57,803 nt of DNA from Candidatus Daviesbacteria bacterium. GTDB taxonomy: Bacteria > Patescibacteriota > Microgenomatia > Daviesbacterales > UBA10151. The notes under the pieces are model-generated. The model ran no database searches. It had not been told where the DNA came from and saw only the letters and a program-made list of their open reading frames with translations. Each line of letters starts with the position of its first letter. The first letter of the stretch is position 1. Below, piece after piece: positions 20,210 to 27,607 of the stretch. The stretch spans positions 1-57,803 of the forward strand of contig JACOXH010000017.1 of assembly GCA_016176415.1 (NCBI GenBank), read 5' to 3'. Made by a program: the position numbers and the translations under genes.

Positions 20210-21236
20210 TTAAAACTTTTCCAAAAACTTAAGATCTCCGCTTTTGAATGCTCTGATATTTTCTATGCCATATTTGAGCATGGCCATTCTTTCCGGTCCT
20301 GCTCCCCAGGCAATGCCAGAATATTCATTTGGGTCAATGCCCCCGTTTTTAAGGACTGTAGGGTGAATCATACCTGCTCCTGCCAGTTCCATCCAACCCG
20401 TTCCTCCGCAAATTTTGCACCCTTTGCCTTTGCAAAAGATACACTCAGCATCAACTCCTGCTCCCGGTTCAACAAAAGGATAATATTTTAATATCTTGTC
20501 CAAGTATGCCTTTAAAGAAGTACTCTGATAAATACTGCAGATTGGCCATGCTGACCCCTTTGTCTATATAAACAATTTCAAACTGATCCAGAGTATGTTC
20601 GTGCCTTGCATCAACATTTTCATACCTGAAGCAGCGGTCAATAATCATCATTCTGATTGGAGGTTTAAATTCTTCCATTATTCTCACCTGAGCATTAGAG
20701 GTATGTGTTCTTAAAAGCAATTCTCCAGGGTTGATGCTTTTTAAGTTTTTGGTATCAATATAGAGAGTATCCCAAAGATCTCTGGCTGGATGGCCCTGAG
20801 GGATATTTAGAAGCTCAAAGTTATACTGTTCAGAATCAATATGAGGGGCACTGTATTGTTTAAATCCCAGGTTGCCGAATAATTCAATTATTTCATTTTC
20901 AAGCTGTGTTACAGGATGAAGATGTCCTGTTCTGGCTTTACACCTTAAAGGTGTCAAGCTAAATTCTTCCTTTTCCAATTTTTCGTAGCTTTCTTCACGG
21001 ACTTCATTTCGTTTTTCTTCAATAGCCTTTTCCAGCTCCTGTTTAACTGAATTAAACAACGGACCTACTTTGCGGCGGTCATCTTCTGATAAATTGGGAA
21101 ATTCTTTCGGGAGAACCGTAATAGCACCTGCTTTTCCAAAAAGCTCCAAAAAAATAGTATCCAATTCTTTTAAAGAATCGGCTTGTTTAATTTTTTCCAA
21201 ATAATCTTTTTGTAATGCTGAAATCTTTTCTTCCAC
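20210..21236 (-). CDS. pheS: phenylalanyl-tRNA synthetase alpha subunit, read in two overlapping frames (frame change near 20486-20489)
   Basis: The 255-aa N-terminal ORF (20469-21236) plus the 97-aa C-terminal ORF (20210-20503) together reconstitute a normal PheS (...YYPFVEPGAGVD...GWMELAGAGMIHP...GAGPERMAML...). Confidence 0.85.
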
Positions 21237-21266
21237 AGCTTTGATTCTAGCATAAGTTACAGGGGT

Positions 21267-22040
21267 TTACGAAGGTCTGAACTTTACTCCACCAAATCTA
21301 TCAAGTTCATATATTTTAATAAGCTCAGCTCCTTTGGGTGTTAAAATATTCAGGCGGACTTTCTTAAAATCTATTCTATCGTATTGCAAATCAGGAAACT
21401 CTTTTTCTGTGAACGCAAGATCCATATGAGACCTGTGATTAAAATCATCCGGATAATAGCAGACTGTATAAATATCACTATTTGGGATTATGTCAAAAAC
21501 ATTGCGATAGCCTCCGGGGATGATTTCGAAAGGACATCTGTATTTTCTGATTTCTCCTAAAGTTAAAGTTACTCCAATGCTTTTGTGACCCAATTTAAGG
21601 GCTTTTTTTACTCCGCCAATTTGATCTATTCCGGGATGATCTAATATGTGTACCCCTTCAGCAATTAGTCTCTTTGCCAAAGCATCAATTCTTCTTGTAT
21701 CCTGAATCAGTGGTTGTTCATTTCCAATACCATACACTATTTGAGGATTATCAGTTACTATTGTTCCAACGCCATCACAAACTGAAACTACAGCTTCCAG
21801 AAGACCAGTTTTCAGTCCGGCTGCTAAAATCTCTGTTCCGCCATACCCCCTTGTTCCCTCCTCTGCTTTTATTACTCTGTCCGGAGAGAAGAATCGGTAA
21901 AAACTAAACCTTTTTAATAAATCTTCTGTGTCCGGAAGTGTTCCTGAATCTGTAATTTGCCTTACAGTGCTTTCAATGTCTCCATTCAATAATACTGTTT
22001 CACGACCGATGTATATAATATCTCTTTCACCTGAAGACAT
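21267..22040 (-). CDS. conserved hypothetical protein
   Basis: 257-aa ORF with globular composition. It may belong to a DUF family seen in archaea, but I cannot confirm this. Confidence 0.5.
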   Translation of the reverse strand: MSSGERDIIYIGRETVLLNGDIESTVRQITDSGTLPDTEDLLKRFSFYRFFSPDRVIKAEEGTRGYGGTEILAAGLKTGLLEAVVSVCDGVGTIVTDNPQIVYGIGNEQPLIQDTRRIDALAKRLIAEGVHILDHPGIDQIGGVKKALKLGHKSIGVTLTLGEIRKYRCPFEIIPGGYRNVFDIIPNSDIYTVCYYPDDFNHRSHMDLAFTEKEFPDLQYDRIDFKKVRLNILTPKGAELIKIYELDRFGGVKFRPS

Positions 22041-22074
22041 CTATTTTCCTTTATTTGATTTTTTATGGGAAGGT

Positions 22075-22422
22075 TTAGCTTTTGATTGCAGTAATAATTT
22101 CTTTAAAGTTTTCAGGATGATTAACGGCCAGATCTGCCAAAATTTTTCTGTCTAATTTAATATTTTGAGCTTTTAACTCTGCCATAAACTTAGAATAGCT
22201 TAATCCCTCATTTTTTACTGCAACACCCAGTTGAGTAATCCAAAGTCTTCTCATATCTCTTTTTCTTAACTTTCTGCCTGCATAAGCATATGCTCCTGCA
22301 TGAAGCAAAGAAGATTTAGCTTCTTTAATAAGTTTGCTTCTGCCTCCAACATGACCTTTGGTCAGGTTTAATACTTTTTTATGTTTTCTGTGTGCAACTA
22401 TGCCTCTTTTAACCCTTGCCAT
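22075..22422 (-). CDS. rplT: 50S ribosomal protein L20
   Basis: MARVKRGIVAHRKHKKVL...; AAAGGTGG Shine-Dalgarno 6 nt upstream of ATG 22422 (the track start at 22431 is GTG). Confidence 0.93.
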   Translation of the reverse strand: MARVKRGIVAHRKHKKVLNLTKGHVGGRSKLIKEAKSSLLHAGAYAYAGRKLRKRDMRRLWITQLGVAVKNEGLSYSKFMAELKAQNIKLDRKILADLAVNHPENFKEIITAIKS

Positions 22423-22559
22423 AATAACCACCTTTCTTAAAAAAATTAACTATTTTTCCAAAATATCCGGCTCTGTTTACTCCGGCATAACTTCTGGCTG
22501 AAGAACTTGCCATTTTTGACCTGCCTGTTTGTCTGAAATTCCTTGTTTCTTTACCCATA

Positions 22560-22757
22560 TTAAAGCCCTATTATTTTTCTTAATCTCTTAGCTTCACCTT
22601 TAAAATAAACGCTGTTTTTCTTTTGGCTGTCTAAAGCGCCTTTGCTTTTTTTTCTTTTTAAGTGTCCTGAACCAAATTGATGCTTGCGCAAAATCTTACC
22701 CCTTGAGGTAATCTTGACTCTTTTAAATACTGACTTGTTCGTTTTTTGTTTCGGCAT
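22560..22757 (-). CDS. rpmI: 50S ribosomal protein L35
   Basis: MPKQKTNKSVFKRVKITSRGKILRK... is typical of L35; infC-rpmI-rplT gene order. Confidence 0.9.
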   Translation of the reverse strand: MPKQKTNKSVFKRVKITSRGKILRKHQFGSGHLKRKKSKGALDSQKKNSVYFKGEAKRLRKIIGL

Positions 22758-23277
22758 TCTGTACTCCTCCTTTTGACTTTCCGACTATCATAGAAAGCTT
22801 CCTGCCTTCCATTTTTGCATCTCTCTCTACTGCTACTTTGTCTCCCAAAAGATTTAAAGCATCCCGTAATACCTGATATCCGATTTCCTGATGAGCCATC
22901 TCTCTGCCCCTAAATTTAACTGTCAATTTAACTTTGTGACCTTCTTTCAAAAACTCTTCAGTTCTTGTTAATCTCACTTTCAGGTCATGTTCAGCAATTC
23001 TGGGTGAGAGCCAAAGTTCTTTTAACTCTCCTGCAGATGAGCCTTTTCTTGCTGCCCGGTCTTTTTTATTTTCTTCGTACCTGAACTTTTGAAAGTTCGT
23101 AATTTTGGCAACAGGAGGATCAGCATTAGGAGCAATCTCTATAAGATCCTGCTCTAATTCTTTTGCCTTCTCCAGTGCTTCAGTGCGGGTTAAGATTCCC
23201 AGTTGTTCTCCTTTGGAATCCATCACCCTAAGCTTAGAAGCCTGGATATGCTCATTAAGTCTATAAAACTTGGCCAG
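22723..23277 (-). CDS. infC: translation initiation factor IF-3, probable non-AUG (CUG) start
   Basis: The conserved N-domain sequence RLNEHIQASKLRVMDSKGEQLG lies upstream of the track start. The frame is open back to the TAA at 23278-23280, and GGAGG sits 8 nt before the CTG at 23275-23277. Confidence 0.8.
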   Translation of the reverse strand: MAKFYRLNEHIQASKLRVMDSKGEQLGILTRTEALEKAKELEQDLIEIAPNADPPVAKITNFQKFRYEENKKDRAARKGSSAGELKELWLSPRIAEHDLKVRLTRTEEFLKEGHKVKLTVKFRGREMAHQEIGYQVLRDALNLLGDKVAVERDAKMEGRKLSMIVGKSKGGVQNAETKNEQVSI

Positions 23278-23322
23278 TTAACGAGCCTCCTTCATATTGC
23301 TTGTATGGAATATTATCATATT

Positions 23323-24546
23323 CTAGGCTTTAGATTCAACCTCCTCTTTAACTTTGGCTAAGAAGTCCTCCAAAGATAAGGTCCCCGAATCCTGACCATT
23401 CCTGCTTCTTACAGCAATTTTATTTTCAGATTCTTCCCTATCTCCCACTATAATCATATAGGAAATTTTTTGCATTTGAGCATCTCTGATTTTTGCCTGC
23501 ATCTTTTCTGCTCTTGCATCAACCTCTGCCCTAATTTCTGCAGCTTTTAATTGTTCGAGTACCTTTTGTGCATAACTGTTGTGTCTTTCAGCGATGGGTA
23601 TAATTTGTACTTGTACCGGTGATAACCACAAAGGAAAAGCTCCCTGAAAGTTTTCAGTAAGTATGGCAAGAAATCTTTCAAAAGAACCAAAGATAGCGCG
23701 GTGAATCATAACCGGCCGTTTTTGCTCACCTTTTTCATCAATGTATTTTAAGTCAAAAGCTTCGGGCATATGGAAATCAAGCTGAACTGTGGCCAGTTGC
23801 CATTCTCTGTCTTGAGCGTCTTTGATGTGAACATCAATTTTAGGACCATAAAAAGCGCCGTCACCTAATTTATCTCCGGCTTTTAGCCCTTTTTTCTCTA
23901 AGGCCTCTGCTAATTTCTTTTCTGCTTTATCCCAATTTTCATCTGATCCTGCCCTTGTTTCAGGTCTGGTGGCAAGCCTGAATTCATATTCAAATCCAAA
24001 ACTTTTATAAAACTGAATCATCATATCCAAAATATTGGAAACTTCATCAAAGATTTGATCTTCTGTAGCATAGATGTGAGCATCATCCATGGTAATTTGT
24101 CTGACCCGCAGTAAGCCATTAACTTCTCCTGATTTTTCTCTGCGGTGAAGTCTGCCTATTTCAGCAAGACGTAGCGGTAACTCTTTGTAGCTTCTGGGCC
24201 TGAATCTATAAAGAATTGTTGATTCAGGGCAATTCATGGGTTTTAGGGTATAACCTTCAGGATTGGACCCGTCTGCTTCATCTGAAAGTTGAAGGTTATA
24301 CATGTTGTGTTCACCAAATTTTGCCCAGTGACCTGATTGTTTAAACAGTTCACTTTTAACCATAATTGGGGTTGAGGTTTCAAGATAACCTGCATTTTCA
24401 GTCAGTTTGCGGATGTATTTTTCCAGTTCTTTAAAGATAACCATGCCCTTTGGCAGCCAAAAAGGAGCACCAGGAGCAATATCGTTTGTAAAAAACAATT
24501 CAAGCTCCTGACCAATTTGTTTATGATCTTTTAATTGTTTGTTCAT
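23323..24546 (-). CDS. thrS: threonyl-tRNA synthetase, catalytic + anticodon-binding domains only
   Basis: Starts at the DHKQIGQELELFF... motif that opens the class II core. 407 aa, so the N-terminal TGS and editing domains are absent. Confidence 0.88.
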   Translation of the reverse strand: MNKQLKDHKQIGQELELFFTNDIAPGAPFWLPKGMVIFKELEKYIRKLTENAGYLETSTPIMVKSELFKQSGHWAKFGEHNMYNLQLSDEADGSNPEGYTLKPMNCPESTILYRFRPRSYKELPLRLAEIGRLHRREKSGEVNGLLRVRQITMDDAHIYATEDQIFDEVSNILDMMIQFYKSFGFEYEFRLATRPETRAGSDENWDKAEKKLAEALEKKGLKAGDKLGDGAFYGPKIDVHIKDAQDREWQLATVQLDFHMPEAFDLKYIDEKGEQKRPVMIHRAIFGSFERFLAILTENFQGAFPLWLSPVQVQIIPIAERHNSYAQKVLEQLKAAEIRAEVDARAEKMQAKIRDAQMQKISYMIIVGDREESENKIAVRSRNGQDSGTLSLEDFLAKVKEEVESKA

Positions 24547-24758
24547 TTTGGGGATTTTGGCAATGATTCAAGAAGTTGGTCTAAACCGGGTATAAAATTA
24601 AAAGCTCTCAAGATTGCAATTACTACTGCAGCAATAATTGTGGCACCAATTACAGTTCCCAGTCCCCATGCCAATCCTCCTAAGAAATTTGCCATAATAA
24701 TATCCCGTTTTCTCATAGTCATATTAGCTCTTAAATGTTTCTCAATTTGTGGAGTCAT
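24543..24758 (-). CDS. small two-helix membrane protein
   Basis: 71 aa with a hydrophobic core (NFLGGLAWGLGTVIGATIIAAVVIAIL). Its stop overlaps the thrS start. Confidence 0.5.
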   Translation of the reverse strand: MTPQIEKHLRANMTMRKRDIIMANFLGGLAWGLGTVIGATIIAAVVIAILRAFNFIPGLDQLLESLPKSPK

Positions 24759-24780
24759 AATTTATCTTAGCATAAAAAAG

Positions 24781-24854
24781 TGGGCGGTATAGGGATCGAA
24801 CCTATGAACCTTCCGCACGTCAAGCGGACGCTCTACCAGCTGAGCTAACCGCCC
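24781..24854 (-). tRNA. tRNA-Val(GAC)
   Basis: Hand fold: GGGCGGT/ACCGCCC acceptor, loop TTGACGT, canonical D-loop GG and T-loop TTCGATC. Confidence 0.9.
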
Positions 24855-24894
24855 TTTAAGGTTAACTTCTCACAAAAAAATTTACTAAGGTAGA

Positions 24895-25497
24895 CTAGTC
24901 TTCTTTGTATCGCAATATTACCACATCTCTGCCTGTTGTTCTTTTATCGTGACTAACAGAAGCAAAAGATGATAAAGGTATATTTAATTCTTTTGACCAG
25001 AATTTTTTCATAGTTTCCGGATTTTGATCTGCTCTAAGGTGAAGCTCACATTTAATTTTAGTAATGTCCAGCCCGTATATCTTCTTTAAGGCATTAATGA
25101 AAAATTTAAGAATTAAGGGATTTGAATTTCCAATTGCAGTTCGTCCATTTTTAGCTCCTTCTCCCATATATAGCATTGATAAAGCTAGTTCTATAATTGA
25201 ATTATCTTCTAAATTGAGTTTTGATAATATCTCTTCAGCCTCAGATTTAGCAATAATTAGTCTTGATTCTTTTTGCTTATTATGCCATTTAACTGCTTTT
25301 CTCCTAGCTTTAATAAGGGCTTTTAAGAAATTTGTTTTTAGCTTTTCCTGTTGTTTATGATTTAATTTAACATCTTTAAACCATCCGCTTAAAGTAGATT
25401 TTGGAATTTTTAATATTCTTTCGACTTCTCTTAAAGAAATCCCCTTTTGTCTAAGTTCAATTGCTGTTGGTTTTAATTCGTACCACTTAGACCTCAT
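24895..25497 (-). CDS. HTH + LAGLIDADG-like (homing-endonuclease-like) protein
   Basis: N-terminal HTH (ISLREVERILKIPKSTLSGWF) and the motif LALSMLYMGEGAKNG, which resembles LAGLIDADG. Paralogous to 38114-38794. Confidence 0.5.
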   Translation of the reverse strand: MRSKWYELKPTAIELRQKGISLREVERILKIPKSTLSGWFKDVKLNHKQQEKLKTNFLKALIKARRKAVKWHNKQKESRLIIAKSEAEEILSKLNLEDNSIIELALSMLYMGEGAKNGRTAIGNSNPLILKFFINALKKIYGLDITKIKCELHLRADQNPETMKKFWSKELNIPLSSFASVSHDKRTTGRDVVILRYKED

Positions 25498-25537
25498 TTA
25501 TATATGATAAAATCTATGGTTCTGATAATCAAGAAGA

Positions 25538-26176
25538 TTATCCTACAGCTTGGGCTGAGAGATTTGCTGTGCCGCCGCCTTGAGTACCGCTTCCGCCTTC
25601 CATGGCAGCGTTTAAAGCAGAGGCTTGTTTGGCTGGGCTTGGGATTGAAGCTGTTTTTTCTTGTTCTTCTGTTTTTCTTTGTTCTTCAATTATCTTTTTT
25701 CTTAGTTCTGCACGCTGGTAGACGCTTTTATCTTTGTAGCTGGCCTGATAGTGAAGCATTCTGTTTTTCTGTTCTGTAGGTAAGTTGGTAATAATATCGT
25801 TTATTTCTTCTTCAAAAACTTTGTCTTTTTCTATTTGTACTTTTTGTTGTTCTTCTTTTAAGGTAGTAAAGAAAATTTTCTTTCTGTCTATTTCTGCTTT
25901 TTTCTTTTGTTCAGCTGCTACTTCTTGTTGAACTGCCTTGTTAAATTCAATAGAGCCTTTGGAGGGAAATTGACCTGATTTAGCGTCGAAGACGCCCCCT
26001 GTTTCAGTACCTGCAACACCCTTGCCTATATCAATAACAGCTTCAAAAAAACCTTTGGCTGCAGAAGAAACCATTGATCTTTCGCTCTCAAAATCTTCCT
26101 CAAAACCTCCCAGAATTCCTCCCAGAATATTTTTAGGATTAACAGACTTTGATTTAGTGGTGCCAAAAGTGTTCAT
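25538..26176 (-). CDS. hypothetical protein
   Basis: 212-aa ORF with a K/E-rich centre; no family recognised. Confidence 0.45.
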   Translation of the reverse strand: MNTFGTTKSKSVNPKNILGGILGGFEEDFESERSMVSSAAKGFFEAVIDIGKGVAGTETGGVFDAKSGQFPSKGSIEFNKAVQQEVAAEQKKKAEIDRKKIFFTTLKEEQQKVQIEKDKVFEEEINDIITNLPTEQKNRMLHYQASYKDKSVYQRAELRKKIIEEQRKTEEQEKTASIPSPAKQASALNAAMEGGSGTQGGGTANLSAQAVG

Positions 26177-26199
26177 AGTAGGTGTATATTTTACACCTT

Positions 26200-26517
26200 T
26201 TAAGCTGCTTTTTTCAAAGAAGGACTGAGGTCTTCGCCGAAAACTCCACAGAGTTCATCGATCATACTGTCTATAGTATCTTCACCTGTTACTGTATTTG
26301 TATTAGAGGTGATTTTTAGGAGATGAGCTGTTAGTTTCAGACGGGCATCCTGAAAATTAGTTATAGCATTGGTTGGTGTTGGGGTATGTTTGGTTTCTAT
26401 AACCGGTACAGCAGGTTCTCCTGGTGTTTGAGTACCTGATTCGATTCTTCCAGTAATGAAATCTGATGGATTTGCCATATTGACTGGTAATTCTACAACT
26501 TTAAACCTAAAAGTCAA
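26200..26517 (-). CDS. hypothetical protein
   Basis: 105-aa ORF; no family recognised. Confidence 0.4.
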   Translation of the reverse strand: MTFRFKVVELPVNMANPSDFITGRIESGTQTPGEPAVPVIETKHTPTPTNAITNFQDARLKLTAHLLKITSNTNTVTGEDTIDSMIDELCGVFGEDLSPSLKKAA

Positions 26518-26549
26518 ATTGAGTAAAGTAATAAAAAGGTAAGGAAAAG

Positions 26550-26783
26550 TGCGGATGAGAGGAATCGAACCTCCACGCCTTTCGGCAATAGGTCCTAAGA
26601 CCTTGCAATTTTATAATTGTGCCGGAGAGAGGACTTGAACCTCCATGTCTTTCGACACAGCGCCCTAAACGCTGCGTGTATGCCATTTCACCACTCCGGC
26701 ACTTTAATTGCAAGGTCGCAAGGTCTTGCGAACTTGTGAGCAAGTTCTTAAACCTATCGTGTATACCGTTTCACCACATCCGC
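26550..26783 (-). tRNA. tRNA-Leu(UAA) gene interrupted in the anticodon loop by a 153-nt intervening sequence
   Basis: 5' part GCGGATGTGGTGAAACGGTATACACGATAGGTTTAAG(A) (26746/7-26783) and 3' part (A)CCTATTGCCGAAAGGCGTGGAGGTTCGATTCCTCTCATCCGCA (26550-26592/3). Joined, they give a perfect type II cloverleaf. Confidence 0.7.
26620..26700 (-). tRNA. tRNA-Leu(UAG), nested inside the intervening sequence of tRNA-Leu(UAA)
   Basis: GCCGGAGTGGTGAAATGGCATACACGCAGCGTTTAGGGCGCTGTGTCGAAAGACATGGAGGTTCAAGTCCTCTCTCCGGCA: acceptor GCCGGAG/CTCCGGC, anticodon stem CAGCG/CGCTG, loop TTTAGGG. Confidence 0.9.
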
Positions 26784-26814
26784 AACTTAATGCATTTTAA
26801 CAAACTGGAAGAAT

Positions 26815-27537
26815 TTAACCAAATCTTTTGACAGCAGAATTGTGGGCCTGAAGTTCTAAAGTATCATCCAGAGGTTCCAGCTCAATTTCTTTCCCATATT
26901 TAACTTCCAAAGCCTTTTTTAAAAACCAGTCAGCTAATTTAGGATTTTTAGGCAGGAGTGAACCGTGCATATAGCAGCCTACTGCATTTTTATATATACA
27001 ACCCTCTGTCCGGTCTTTACCATTATTCCCCCACCCTTTAACCACCATGCCTAAAGGACTTACTTTATTTTTAAGATAAGTTTTACCTGAATGGTTCTCA
27101 AAGCCGACTAAAGTACCAAACATTGAATTAATGACTAAGTTCCCAATCATCCTGTCGTGACTGGCCAGAGTATATGCAGGAAATAGTTCTGTGCCGGGTA
27201 GTTTAGGTCCTTTGTGTGGTTTGTAGTATTCTCCCAATAGCTGATAACCTCCACAGATAGAAAGCAAGGGTACTCCCCTTTCTATCTCTGCTTTTATAAT
27301 TTTTCCCTTGCCACTGGACTCTAAGTCACTAGCCACTATGCTTTGTGCCTGATCCTGTCCCCCTCCAAAGAAAAAGATATCCGCGTCTCCTTTTTTAAGC
27401 TTATCCCCTACTGAAATATTTTTTACTTCTACATCAATCCCTCTCCACTGGGCGCGCTTTTTTAAGGCAATAATATTGCCTGTGTCACCATAGATGTTCA
27501 TGAGATCAGCGTATAAGTAACCAATTGTAATTTTCAT
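26815..27537 (-). CDS. gatD: glutamine amidotransferase GatD (lipid II isoglutaminyl synthase subunit, CobQ-type GATase)
   Basis: YGDTGNI...FFFGGGQD...SICGGYQLLG (nucleophile Cys) ...CYMHGSLLPKNP; lies immediately downstream of murT. Confidence 0.8.
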   Translation of the reverse strand: MKITIGYLYADLMNIYGDTGNIIALKKRAQWRGIDVEVKNISVGDKLKKGDADIFFFGGGQDQAQSIVASDLESSGKGKIIKAEIERGVPLLSICGGYQLLGEYYKPHKGPKLPGTELFPAYTLASHDRMIGNLVINSMFGTLVGFENHSGKTYLKNKVSPLGMVVKGWGNNGKDRTEGCIYKNAVGCYMHGSLLPKNPKLADWFLKKALEVKYGKEIELEPLDDTLELQAHNSAVKRFG

Positions 27538-27540
27538 ATT

Positions 27541-27607
27541 AGTAACTAGTCGCTAGAGTCCAGAGTCAAGTAAATTTTCCTTGATTCTAGTCACTAGACA
27601 CTTGACT
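27541..27607. repeat. intergenic repeat, same backbone as 3414-3513
   Basis: AACTAGTCGCTAGAGTCCAGAGTCAAGTAAATTTTCCTTGATTCTAGTCACTAGAC... fills the murT-gatD spacer. Confidence 0.55.

Noticed and set aside
22432-22559. 49-aa basic ORF (MGKETRNFRQTGRSK...) between rpmI and rplT, overlapping the rplT start
   Set aside because: No Shine-Dalgarno sequence, no resemblance to any ribosomal or leader peptide I know, and it overlaps the rplT ribosome-binding site. It is more likely untranslated spacer.
26593-26745. Group I self-splicing intron in tRNA-Leu(UAA), as in cyanobacteria
   Set aside because: Only 153 nt, of which 81 are a tRNA. There is no room for a P3-P9 catalytic core, and the position is not the cyanobacterial U34/A35 site in the simplest reading.
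26507-26831. ORFs 26507-26743 (-) and 26619-26831 (+)
   Set aside because: They are translations of the nested tRNA-Leu genes and their palindromic flanks, not proteins.
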